A stretch of DNA of 64,000 nt from a virus. Made by a program: the position numbers and the translations under genes. The DNA lies in IMG/VR virus record IMGVR_UViG_3300019458_000032, positions 1-64,000 of that record. One strand, written 5' to 3'. The notes beneath the pieces were generated by a model. That model made no database searches. It was not told the origin of the DNA and saw nothing but the letters and a program-made list of their open reading frames with translations. Of the stretch, positions 38,116-47,714 are shown piece by piece; the first letter of the stretch is position 1, and each line of letters opens with the position of its first letter.

Positions 38116-39666
38116 TTATTTACCTTTATTATGATTATCAATTTCTGTCATTAGTTCATGATGATTTTGCATCAATTTTAAAAGTTTTTTACCGATTGTA
38201 CCTTGAGCAATAGTTTTAGGTACTACAATTTCTCCAGGACTCACCATTGCATGAACTGTATCATTGGCTGGATGATCACCCGGAACCACTTCTTGCCCGT
38301 GAACTTCACCACCATGAGTATAGTCTTCGGCCATTATTCTACCGCCATCGGCGTAACCTTCGTCGAAATTTCTACGATTTTGTTTTCTAATACGTTCATA
38401 TTTTTCTTGTAAAGTTTCTTCGTGTACTGGTTCTTTAGGTTTTTCAAAAGCTTTTTCTAAACTTTCAACAAATTCATCAAATGAATAAGGTCTTTTAACT
38501 TTTCCACCTTCTGCATAACCAACTAGATTTTTTAATTTATCAAAAGTTGAAGCTTGATTGGCCATTCCAGTTCTAATTTTATTATATTCAGATTCACGAT
38601 TATCTTTTTTATAATCTTCGTTGAAGTCTTTTTTAACTTCTCCACCATCTGAATAACCTGAAATTTCTCCACCTTCCCATTTTTTATTTTTTTCATCTTT
38701 TAAATTAAGAAATCCACCAATTGTTGATAGTCCAGATCCAACCATTTGCCAAGGAGCAGCAGCTTGTGCAGCAGCATTTTGTCCTTCAGCCGTTAATGCA
38801 GCAGCTCTTTGTTGTTGAGCACCCGATCTCATTTGTTGACGTTGGGCTTGATCCTGCCAATATGTACGTTGTGCTTCATTTTGACGTAAACGTTCTTGAT
38901 TTTCCATTCCAATATTAGCGTTTGAAATATTTTGAGCGGCATTTAAATTAGCTTCTTGGGCAGCATTTCTAGCACCGACATTTCTTTGCTGTACATTGCT
39001 TCTATTTTGAACGTTAAATTGTTCTAATGCATCTTGGGCAGCAGCTCTTGCACTATTTACATCAAAATCTTGTCCTCTAATTGAACCGCCCAATGTTCCA
39101 GCTTGATTGATAGCATTTAACGCATTAGCTGAAGACATTGCTGCTAATCTATCACCTTCTTGAGAAGCTTGATTGGTACCACTTTGAGAAGCTTGTAAAG
39201 CTGCGATTAATTCAGCACCTGATCCACCTTGACCACGGGCTTGAAAATTTTGCATAATTTGTTGACGTTTTGCTTCTGTATCACGAGCTATTTCATTTCT
39301 TATTTGATTTAAGGCAGCACGATCTTCAGGTGTTAACCCGCCTTTACCACGCTGTTGAAGAAGTTGTAAAGCTTCTTTTTGAGTATCTCTTAAACTAGCA
39401 TCTTCTGTAATTTCACCAACTTTGGAAGGACCGGCAAGTATTTCTGTTTCAAGTTCTGGAGTTAAAATTCCAGCTTGTTGAAATTGTTCAAATATAATTT
39501 TCTTAGATAAATCAGGCGGCATCCCAATTCTATTGAGTTCTTCTTGGGCCTCAATCATTGCATTGCGTGCTTCACCTAAAGCTCCACGAGATGCTTCTCT
39601 AGCAGCAATCCCACCTACGAGATTTGCAGCAACACCTGCTCCACCAAACATTGATTCTAGTGCCAT
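38116..39666 (-). CDS. probable ejection/pilot protein with C-terminal xxxGG repeats
   Basis: Gly/Ala N-terminus, Q/N/A-rich helices; repeated (W/Y)xxGG and DTV.AM.SPGE.VVP. Confidence 0.65.
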   Translation of the reverse strand: MALESMFGGAGVAANLVGGIAAREASRGALGEARNAMIEAQEELNRIGMPPDLSKKIIFEQFQQAGILTPELETEILAGPSKVGEITEDASLRDTQKEALQLLQQRGKGGLTPEDRAALNQIRNEIARDTEAKRQQIMQNFQARGQGGSGAELIAALQASQSGTNQASQEGDRLAAMSSANALNAINQAGTLGGSIRGQDFDVNSARAAAQDALEQFNVQNRSNVQQRNVGARNAAQEANLNAAQNISNANIGMENQERLRQNEAQRTYWQDQAQRQQMRSGAQQQRAAALTAEGQNAAAQAAAPWQMVGSGLSTIGGFLNLKDEKNKKWEGGEISGYSDGGEVKKDFNEDYKKDNRESEYNKIRTGMANQASTFDKLKNLVGYAEGGKVKRPYSFDEFVESLEKAFEKPKEPVHEETLQEKYERIRKQNRRNFDEGYADGGRIMAEDYTHGGEVHGQEVVPGDHPANDTVHAMVSPGEIVVPKTIAQGTIGKKLLKLMQNHHELMTEIDNHNKGK

Positions 39667-39669
39667 ATA

Positions 39670-40965
39670 TTATCCTTGACTTTCTTCGTCAGTGGTTATA
39701 TTACCTAAATAATTTTTATTCATATCATTAAATCTTTGCTGAGCATTTGCTAAATTAGTTCTTGCCCATAGTAAATTTTGTGTATCAGATCCACCAACAG
39801 CACCTGGGGCAAAAGCTGCGATCTCTGCTCTAGCCGCATTTCCCCATCCTTTTTTACCACTATTAATATGTTTATCATATACAGCTTGAATTCTTTGTGC
39901 CATTGCTAAATCACCTTCCACTGGAGCTAATTTAGCACGATTTGCGGCAATTGCCTGATTCAAACCTTCTTTATCATAAGCTAATTGACCTTGTTCGTAT
40001 CCACCAACTTTTGTAGGATCATACCCTTGTAAATCACTACCCATTAAACGTTTTAAATTACTAAATCTTTGAAATTGTTCTTGGTTCATTAATTCTTCAG
40101 GTCTAGCGGCTTCATTGAGTCCACGGCCTTGAAAACGAACAACGTCGCCTAAATTAACACCATATGTACGATCACCGGCCTGTAATCCCAAGGCCTCTAA
40201 TGCTTGTCTTGATAAATAATTTTCAGATGATCCACGTTGTCTTTCTTGTTCAGCTTGTGTTCTTAATGAAGCATCTCTTTCATTTGCAAGTTTTGCGGCT
40301 TCTTGGGCGGGAGTTAATACAGTTTGAGCACCCTCACCTGCACGTTGAGCAACGTTTCTTCCAAATCCTTGAGCTTGACTCTGATATTGTTGTCCAACTT
40401 CTTGAGCCCCTTGTTGTGCAGATTGAGCTTGTTGTCCAAGACCACTAACTGATCTACGAGCACTTTTTAAATCTTTTCCACCAGTTGCACCTAAAAGAAG
40501 ACTATCCAGTCTTTGTTGACCAGCTTGATATTGATTAGGACCAGCAGCATAACGTTGAAGGAGAGCTTGTCTACCACCAGCGGTTCCAACTTGTTGACCT
40601 AAATTTTGAGCTTCTTGAGCTTGTCCTGTTACAGATCCAGCATTTTTAAGACCTAAAGGACCAGTATATCCACCAGCTCTAAATCTATCGAAATCTTTAA
40701 AATCTTGTTCATTAACATCATCTGGACGACTTAAAACGTCTTCTACACGTTGTCTATTGGCATCGGTATCTAATCTACCAGCCTCTGATTGTTGATTAAA
40801 CTCGCTCTGAGCCTGTTGTAATCCTTGACGAGCCTGTTCACCCGTTTCCTGAATTCCTTGACCCACAGCTTGTCCTAAACGCGTACCACGATTTGCATTC
40901 ATAATTCTCTGCAAATTGGTAAAGCCGGACCCTTGTGGTTTTGGTTTATTTATATTAGTTGCCAT
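39670..40965 (-). CDS. probable internal virion protein
   Basis: Q/G/A-rich 431 aa; first gene after a late-promoter motif. Confidence 0.6.
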   Translation of the reverse strand: MATNINKPKPQGSGFTNLQRIMNANRGTRLGQAVGQGIQETGEQARQGLQQAQSEFNQQSEAGRLDTDANRQRVEDVLSRPDDVNEQDFKDFDRFRAGGYTGPLGLKNAGSVTGQAQEAQNLGQQVGTAGGRQALLQRYAAGPNQYQAGQQRLDSLLLGATGGKDLKSARRSVSGLGQQAQSAQQGAQEVGQQYQSQAQGFGRNVAQRAGEGAQTVLTPAQEAAKLANERDASLRTQAEQERQRGSSENYLSRQALEALGLQAGDRTYGVNLGDVVRFQGRGLNEAARPEELMNQEQFQRFSNLKRLMGSDLQGYDPTKVGGYEQGQLAYDKEGLNQAIAANRAKLAPVEGDLAMAQRIQAVYDKHINSGKKGWGNAARAEIAAFAPGAVGGSDTQNLLWARTNLANAQQRFNDMNKNYLGNITTDEESQG

Positions 40966-40981
40966 ATAAAGACTTCTCTAC

Positions 40982-41000
40982 TATAACAGTTGTTAAAATA
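40982..41000 (-). promoter_or_regulatory. putative late promoter motif (TATTTTAACAACTGTTATA)
   Basis: Identical 19-mer at 51414-51432 and near-identical copy at 54073-54090, all intergenic upstream of - strand genes. Confidence 0.7.
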
Positions 41001-41018
41001 TTGATATAATTCAGCATA

Positions 41019-41435
41019 TTATGTTCCATAAGCCACTACAGTTATTAAATACTGTTGATCAGATTGTAACCCTGTAATATGATTAATATTTACGATATTG
41101 GAGTTCTGCCCAAATGAAATAAATGGAGAAGAAGTGGGATAACTAGTTGATATCGTTTGATTAATTACTTTTAATACGTTACAACCCAAAACTCTCATAT
41201 TTACGTTATCTAGTTGAAAACTGGCACTATTTTTAGGAATTCCATTGGCATCAACGATTATAATTACATCCTTGACTGTGCAAAATAAATTATCTTTTAA
41301 CGAAAGTTTACGATTTAAAGCTTCATAAAGAGGATCTAAATCGTTATTTATAGTAAACGCTAATGTTTCTATTAGATCCTGATCTTCATCTTTGAAATTC
41401 TGTTTTTCTAATCTTTTTAATCCAGGTAAACGCAT
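41019..41435 (-). CDS. small tail-associated protein
   Basis: Directly downstream of the nozzle gene; beta-rich C-terminus. Confidence 0.55.
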   Translation of the reverse strand: MRLPGLKRLEKQNFKDEDQDLIETLAFTINNDLDPLYEALNRKLSLKDNLFCTVKDVIIIVDANGIPKNSASFQLDNVNMRVLGCNVLKVINQTISTSYPTSSPFISFGQNSNIVNINHITGLQSDQQYLITVVAYGT

Positions 41436-44400
41436 TAACGATAAGCCCTTGAACTTTGACCTGTTTCTGCAACAAGTGTAATTCCATATATCTTATAAAA
41501 TTCTCTAGCTATTCCATGTTCAAATTTAACGACAATATAACGACATCTAACATTATCTCTTGGTATATAACTTCTAAAGGGTGCAGCGTGTGAACCTCCA
41601 CCAAAGAAACCTTCTCCAAAATTCATAAACCCGAATATACCATTGCCATCACCACTAAAAGGAACACGATTAAATTTGGGTTTTAAATCTGAAGCAAAAC
41701 TAATTGTTGCCGATGTGAAGGATTTATCTTTAAACATCATGGTAAATTCTCTAACCTGCTTTAAAGACAAAGGATCGTCAAAAGTTGATGGAGAATATAT
41801 AAAAGATGTTTTAATACTATTAAAGATAATCATTGGCCCTTGAATATAGGGCAAAGTCAAATTAACAGTTAATTCTTTTGTAATTTTATTCACTCTAGTG
41901 ATTACAGATTCTTGAACAGTTGTTCCAACTGAAGGTTGATAATTACTAAAATTAACTCCAACATCAAGATTTAATTTCTCAATAATTACATTATAACACG
42001 TTTGAATATCCCTAAAATCAGTATCAATAGTTGAGAAACTTCCTGTAGTTCCTGCCGTTAAATTAACATTGACTGGAACACTAAAAGTTGTCGGACTTAT
42101 AACTGTTACAGGATATGTATCATTGATTGGAGGATTAGAATTTGTTCCTGATATAGTTACAATTCTACCAGTATGTAATTCATGGGGTGTGGAAGTAGTG
42201 ATAATAGTTGGATTTGAAATACTAACTGCCGTTATTGTTCCACTCTTTGTATCAATATTATCGAAATAATTCGAATCAGCAATGCCGGTATCTGCATCTA
42301 ATTTTTGGGCTAATTCAATTATTTTTGTTCTTAAACTAACTCCGCCAATTGCTTCTAGAGTTGAAAAATAATCAGTATCATTAACACTTGTATCAGTATC
42401 CAATTTCTTTAAAGTTTGATTATATTGATAAATAGTTAATAATTGATTTTGAACTAAAACATCGCCTTCAAATGTATCATCCACTTGAAAAAATTTCAAT
42501 AATGTGTCAAAATAACTATTAGGTGCTAATTCATTAGAAATTTCTCTATCGGCATAATCATAACGATTAAATTGTTTACGTTCTTGTTCAATTGCGTTTG
42601 TATCACCTGGACCGGCGTATAATCTACCATCAGAATTAATAACCCCACATCTATAATCTTTATCTATAGAAGTCCAAGTTCTGGTGATTTGGTCGTATCT
42701 ATATCCAATTTCAGCATCTTCATCTGTTGTGGTTTTTACAGTATAAACAATATATGAGTTGTCTGCTTCATACCCAACTCCCCATGTTGCTGTTTTAAAA
42801 TCAGGATAATTATCAGAACCTAAACGTAAGAAAATATCATCTAGATTTTTTGTAATAACATCTGTACCAGATTCTGTAATGATAGAGATTCCATGGGTTG
42901 TCCAACCGTAGATAACATTGTTCACAACTGCCAGTGAATCAGGTGGAATGAGTATACAACTACTATCAAATAATGCTGTAACAAACGGTGCAATTTCTCC
43001 CGAAATCCTGTATAACCCATCTTCTTTAAATACAAATAAACTATCGCGCAAAGGAAATATCCTTAAGATTTCTTTATCTTGAGAACCAACATCTAAGAAA
43101 TTGACGATAGGCACAGCTTCTGGTTCTTGAAATTTTGAATAATAAATTCTATTTGGTTTTTCTTCATTATCAGAAAAAACTGCATTACTAGCGATAACAA
43201 ATGAACCCATTGTTCCAGCAACCGTAACATTTACAGGTATACTAAAAGTCGTTGAAGTTACATATGTAATAGAATACAAACCATCAATAGAAGGAGTGGA
43301 ATTAGAATTAATAATAACAACTTGATCTCCATTCTCCATCCCATGAGGACTGGCCGAGGTAATAACGGTTGGATTTGCTACAGAATTTGAAACTATATAA
43401 TTTTCAGGTCCAATATCGGGATTAAAAGATAAACCAGTATTGTCATTATTACCCAATATATAAACTATTCCACTAGATAAATCTAATGATTCCAAAAGAA
43501 TTTGTCCAGGAACACCACCGGCAGTTGACAGATAATAAGCGGCAACGATTTCAGAAGAATTTTTATTTATAACTCTTACTAAACTACGAGCCGTTTCATC
43601 AACCGCTTGACCAACAGATACTAGATTAGATAGTAACACTTGATTCTGAGATGCATCTTCTCCAATACCTTGTGTTAGTACAGAGACTGTAAATCCTGAT
43701 GTTTCAGCAGTTGCATCTGTTGTATAACCAGATAGAATATTTGTCACGGTAAAAGTATTTGTTGAAGATACTACACTAAAATCTGCGATGAAAGTAGATA
43801 ATTTATTGGCACTTTTTTCAGCAATTTGAGCGTCGGTTTCTGACCCATCAAATACAATTGGAATACTTATTCTTCCAGGAATGTTAGGATCTGTTGTTAC
43901 ACCATTACTATACCACGGGGTATAAAGTTTACCATCGTTGGCCGAATTTAAAAAGAAATAACTTCCTTCTCCCACTAAATTCAATAAAGATCCGGCAATA
44001 GTTGTGAACTGAGTTTGTTCATAAGTTCCAACTACAAATTTATAAACATTTGTCGTTGTTCCATTTGTAATAACAATTTGGGGTAATTGATTTTTTACTG
44101 TGTGCGTTCCAGTTCCACCTGAAGTTATATCTACAGGAGAACCATCCTTTTCTAAAGAAATTTGAAACGTGTTTGCGGTTGCATTTAAAATATAATAAGT
44201 AACACTTTGAGTTATTCCACCAGGTAAATTAGAAGGGATAGCATTACTAAATTCAACAGATTGACCATCTAAATAACCGTGTGCTGTATTTGTAATAACA
44301 TCGGTTGTTGTATTTACATCAACGCTTGTGAATGTATTACTGTTTAAGCCCGATCCATAATCAAGAACCATATTTGTTACCCCTAGAAGAGATAACTGTT

Positions 44401-46006
44401 TACGATGACGAGTTTGTGTATTGGCGTAAAATGTATAATTTTTAAATGTATTTATATCTTTGGCCAAAGGAGGAATATCATTAGCTTGAGTAATTCCTTC
44501 ACCAGTTGCTTCATTTGTGTAAAGATTTGCACCCCTAAATTCATCGGGCGTTATATCTTCAATTATAATTTCTTTAGCAGCTAATTCGGCAGTGGTTGGA
44601 AATGCCTCATAAACAAGTTTCATTTCATCGTCTGGCACTAAATCACTTAGAACAGTTGTTCCGGTAGCCTGTGCAATATCCGAACGATAAACTTGAAAAA
44701 AATCATTAGATGTTACATTTTGAGGTATTGTTATGTTTAGTTTTGTATGAACTGTTGTTGTTATATCTAAAACATCAATATATTGAGAAGCTAAGGAATT
44801 TGAAATTACATCTTCGGGTTCTGATTGCAATCTAGTAATGATACTTTGTAGATATGTTTGTATTTCCACTAATTGAGCATTGGTTGTTGGTGTACTTGGA
44901 ATTGAAGGTTGTGTTATAGATCTATATTCATTAGATCTAATAAAAGCAGATCCTGAAACTGTTCCAGCACCATCTGGAGCCGTTTTATTAAAAGAAATAG
45001 TTGTAGCAGTTACAGCAGATAATGAATATGTTCCATCTAAAGAATTTGTTGCACTATCTGAAAATCCTGATATTTCAATTTTACTTCCAATTATAAAATA
45101 ATCTGTCGGATCGCCAGTAGAAAATGTAATTGTAACAACATTACTAGTAACACTAACTGTACTAATATCTAAAGGATAAGATCCAGGGGTTGTTTCGTCT
45201 GCATATTTAATATCAAAATCTAATTTAGCTGCTAATGCTATAAGATTTGTTCGAAGTTCAGAAGCCGAAGCTGTTATAGGAAGTTTTAAAGTTTCAACAT
45301 AATCACCATCAGTTATTAAACTTCCGGTTTGATTAATATCATCTAAAGCACCTAAAATAAAATTAAAATCTTGAAGTTCTAAGGCTAAAAGTGAATTATA
45401 AATTTCAGATCTTTGACTAGGTGTTCCACGAATCAAATTGTTGTTATTATCTCTTTTGAGCCATAAAATTCTATATGCAACAGCACTATCTTGAGGTAAA
45501 AATGAAGTTTGATCACCTAATTCATAAACAATTTCTGAAGTTAAATCTACAGCTTTAATTCCACCAGCATCAACAATATATCCAGAATCTGTGGTTAATT
45601 GAGAAGCATTTTTAGCTGAAATCTTTTTTATACCATCATTTGTTGTAAAATATAAGTTACCATTGGCTTCAATACTTTTAATACGAAGTCCTGGTTCAGT
45701 TTCTGTATATGAGCCAGAGAATTCATTAAAAACTTCTACACCACTTGTAGTTTGTGTTCCGGCATCAAATTCTAATTTATCTGAATAATGGCGAATAATA
45801 CGATCACGATAGCTAATTAATTGTTTAGCTCGATCGGAAGATGTTCCAAATGTTTCCCCGAAGATTTTCATTCCTCTACGAGGTTCAATAACATTTTCAT
45901 CTCTAATAATTATATTTTTAGCTTCTATCATGCTCCCAGGTGGTGTTTCCAACTGATTTATTGCGGTATTTAAACCGAGAGCTTTAAGAAGAATACTAGC
46001 TGGCAT
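41435..46006 (-). CDS. large tail nozzle / tail tubular protein B-like with inserted beta-barrel repeats
   Basis: N-terminal GLNT....PGS..EA.N.......I.PRRG; NRIYYSK..EPEA, LFVFKEDG.Y; C-terminal RYI.VKF; follows the adaptor gene. Confidence 0.7.
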   Translation of the reverse strand: MPASILLKALGLNTAINQLETPPGSMIEAKNIIIRDENVIEPRRGMKIFGETFGTSSDRAKQLISYRDRIIRHYSDKLEFDAGTQTTSGVEVFNEFSGSYTETEPGLRIKSIEANGNLYFTTNDGIKKISAKNASQLTTDSGYIVDAGGIKAVDLTSEIVYELGDQTSFLPQDSAVAYRILWLKRDNNNNLIRGTPSQRSEIYNSLLALELQDFNFILGALDDINQTGSLITDGDYVETLKLPITASASELRTNLIALAAKLDFDIKYADETTPGSYPLDISTVSVTSNVVTITFSTGDPTDYFIIGSKIEISGFSDSATNSLDGTYSLSAVTATTISFNKTAPDGAGTVSGSAFIRSNEYRSITQPSIPSTPTTNAQLVEIQTYLQSIITRLQSEPEDVISNSLASQYIDVLDITTTVHTKLNITIPQNVTSNDFFQVYRSDIAQATGTTVLSDLVPDDEMKLVYEAFPTTAELAAKEIIIEDITPDEFRGANLYTNEATGEGITQANDIPPLAKDINTFKNYTFYANTQTRHRKQLSLLGVTNMVLDYGSGLNSNTFTSVDVNTTTDVITNTAHGYLDGQSVEFSNAIPSNLPGGITQSVTYYILNATANTFQISLEKDGSPVDITSGGTGTHTVKNQLPQIVITNGTTTNVYKFVVGTYEQTQFTTIAGSLLNLVGEGSYFFLNSANDGKLYTPWYSNGVTTDPNIPGRISIPIVFDGSETDAQIAEKSANKLSTFIADFSVVSSTNTFTVTNILSGYTTDATAETSGFTVSVLTQGIGEDASQNQVLLSNLVSVGQAVDETARSLVRVINKNSSEIVAAYYLSTAGGVPGQILLESLDLSSGIVYILGNNDNTGLSFNPDIGPENYIVSNSVANPTVITSASPHGMENGDQVVIINSNSTPSIDGLYSITYVTSTTFSIPVNVTVAGTMGSFVIASNAVFSDNEEKPNRIYYSKFQEPEAVPIVNFLDVGSQDKEILRIFPLRDSLFVFKEDGLYRISGEIAPFVTALFDSSCILIPPDSLAVVNNVIYGWTTHGISIITESGTDVITKNLDDIFLRLGSDNYPDFKTATWGVGYEADNSYIVYTVKTTTDEDAEIGYRYDQITRTWTSIDKDYRCGVINSDGRLYAGPGDTNAIEQERKQFNRYDYADREISNELAPNSYFDTLLKFFQVDDTFEGDVLVQNQLLTIYQYNQTLKKLDTDTSVNDTDYFSTLEAIGGVSLRTKIIELAQKLDADTGIADSNYFDNIDTKSGTITAVSISNPTIITTSTPHELHTGRIVTISGTNSNPPINDTYPVTVISPTTFSVPVNVNLTAGTTGSFSTIDTDFRDIQTCYNVIIEKLNLDVGVNFSNYQPSVGTTVQESVITRVNKITKELTVNLTLPYIQGPMIIFNSIKTSFIYSPSTFDDPLSLKQVREFTMMFKDKSFTSATISFASDLKPKFNRVPFSGDGNGIFGFMNFGEGFFGGGSHAAPFRSYIPRDNVRCRYIVVKFEHGIAREFYKIYGITLVAETGQSSRAYR

Positions 46007-46009
46007 ATC

Positions 46010-47242
46010 TTACCAACCTCTTAAATTGTTGCGTTTTCTCGAAATTAATTTTAAGAAAGTATGACGACCAATAACTTTTTGAGGACTTCCCTCTGATCTA
46101 TTATCAATTAATTTAGCTTGATTTGCTTCCATTTCTTGAATTTTACTCATACTTGATTGTAAACCTTGTTGATCACCCAAAGCCGATAATATCCTAGCCG
46201 AAGTTCTTTCAGCTAAAACATTGTGTAGATCTGGAGGAATTTGTGGTATAATACATTCGTTGGATAAACAAATATAATCACCAACTATTAGATCTTCTGG
46301 TATATCACCAGCACCAAATTCAATGTTTGAACCAGAAATTCCAGTTATTGGAACTTGTACGTCAAAACTAATAATTTTATGACCAGGTTTAGTTTGTAAA
46401 AAATCTATTAAATCACCATTGGTAATATTGTCAGGAATTTCATTAAATTCAATTCCACTTGTAGAAGCCACTATGAATCCAGATGAATTACTAACTTCAA
46501 TATCATATTCTTGATTTAGGAATTTTAAAGTTGCAGTATCGGTAGAAGGAGTTCCATTAACTGCAATAGTTATTCCATTTGTATTAATTGCACCTACCAA
46601 ATTTGTTGCTGTATCTATAGATGTTGCACCAATTTGAAATTCATCAACTCCAGGAGCACCAGCGGTTGCTGTGAAAATTTCATCGTTAATTGTTACAGTA
46701 TCACCCGCAACAACCGAAGTATTTACAATTTGAATTGATTCTGTAAAGTAATTAACAATAGCTGCTCTATCGTTTTTAACTAATTGATTTACTCTAAGAT
46801 AATATATAAAGTGTAAAGATCCAGTGGGTTCTGATCCAATATCTGGAATCAAAACAACATCGTTTCCTTCTAATTTATATTTATACGGAGGAGTTCCTGA
46901 ACTAGCACCTGTACTGAACATATCATCATTTCCCGTAACTCTAGTCATTTCGAAAAGATTACCGGAAACATCTTTAAAATAAAGATCTCTAAATTTCATC
47001 CCAATTGCTCTATCGGGAATAGCGTATCTACTTCTATTAGTTTTTAAAGGAATATCTTTGGTTGTAACAAGATATTCTTCATGAAACTGTAGTATACTTG
47101 GAATCTGAGATGAAGCCATTTCTTCATTAGCGAAAGCTAAAATATCTTCTTCAGAAAAAGTAGATTGATCTGTTGGGAACATAATCTTACGTTTTACAGA
47201 TTCAATTAGATCGTCAGATGTGAGCCATGGTTTAGCGGCCAT
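46010..47242 (-). CDS. head-tail adaptor / tail tubular protein A-like
   Basis: L.S.DLI..VKR, IL.FANEE, Y.IP, IPQIP.DLH.VL; position before the nozzle. Confidence 0.65.
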   Translation of the reverse strand: MAAKPWLTSDDLIESVKRKIMFPTDQSTFSEEDILAFANEEMASSQIPSILQFHEEYLVTTKDIPLKTNRSRYAIPDRAIGMKFRDLYFKDVSGNLFEMTRVTGNDDMFSTGASSGTPPYKYKLEGNDVVLIPDIGSEPTGSLHFIYYLRVNQLVKNDRAAIVNYFTESIQIVNTSVVAGDTVTINDEIFTATAGAPGVDEFQIGATSIDTATNLVGAINTNGITIAVNGTPSTDTATLKFLNQEYDIEVSNSSGFIVASTSGIEFNEIPDNITNGDLIDFLQTKPGHKIISFDVQVPITGISGSNIEFGAGDIPEDLIVGDYICLSNECIIPQIPPDLHNVLAERTSARILSALGDQQGLQSSMSKIQEMEANQAKLIDNRSEGSPQKVIGRHTFLKLISRKRNNLRGW

Positions 47243-47253
47243 TACTTTTATCC

Positions 47254-47694
47254 TTAGCTATTTTTAAGCATTTCTTCTTTTTTAGCTTGCAATTTTTCCA
47301 TGAGTCTGTCAACATCTTCAGGAGATTTGCAATCTTCAGCGGTCATAATTTCAGCATCTTCGGGAGATTCACCCTCGTCACTATCATCATGTTCGGGTTC
47401 TGATTTCATTTCTTCTGGCATACCTTCAGGTTCAGCATTGGGATCTCCGTTATTAACGTTCTCATCGTTTTGGTTGAGCATTTTTTGTGCTTCACCAATA
47501 CCATGTTTAAGACCTTCTTCAGTATTAGAAGCTACACTAACCTTTTTCAAGCCTTTAACTTTACTTCCAAGCATTTCATTGGCCATGTCTCTCATACCAT
47601 GAATTGCTTTCATCTTAGCTTCTTTGTCAGAATCAGAAAGATTTTTACCCTCTTTCTTTTTCTTCATTAGCATTTTCATCATTTTATCGTTCAT
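47254..47694 (-). CDS. Met/Lys/Glu-rich small virion-region protein
   Basis: 146 aa, GGAG RBS. Confidence 0.6.
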   Translation of the reverse strand: MNDKMMKMLMKKKKEGKNLSDSDKEAKMKAIHGMRDMANEMLGSKVKGLKKVSVASNTEEGLKHGIGEAQKMLNQNDENVNNGDPNAEPEGMPEEMKSEPEHDDSDEGESPEDAEIMTAEDCKSPEDVDRLMEKLQAKKEEMLKNS

Positions 47695-47714
47695 TTTATT
47701 TTTCTCCTTCTATA

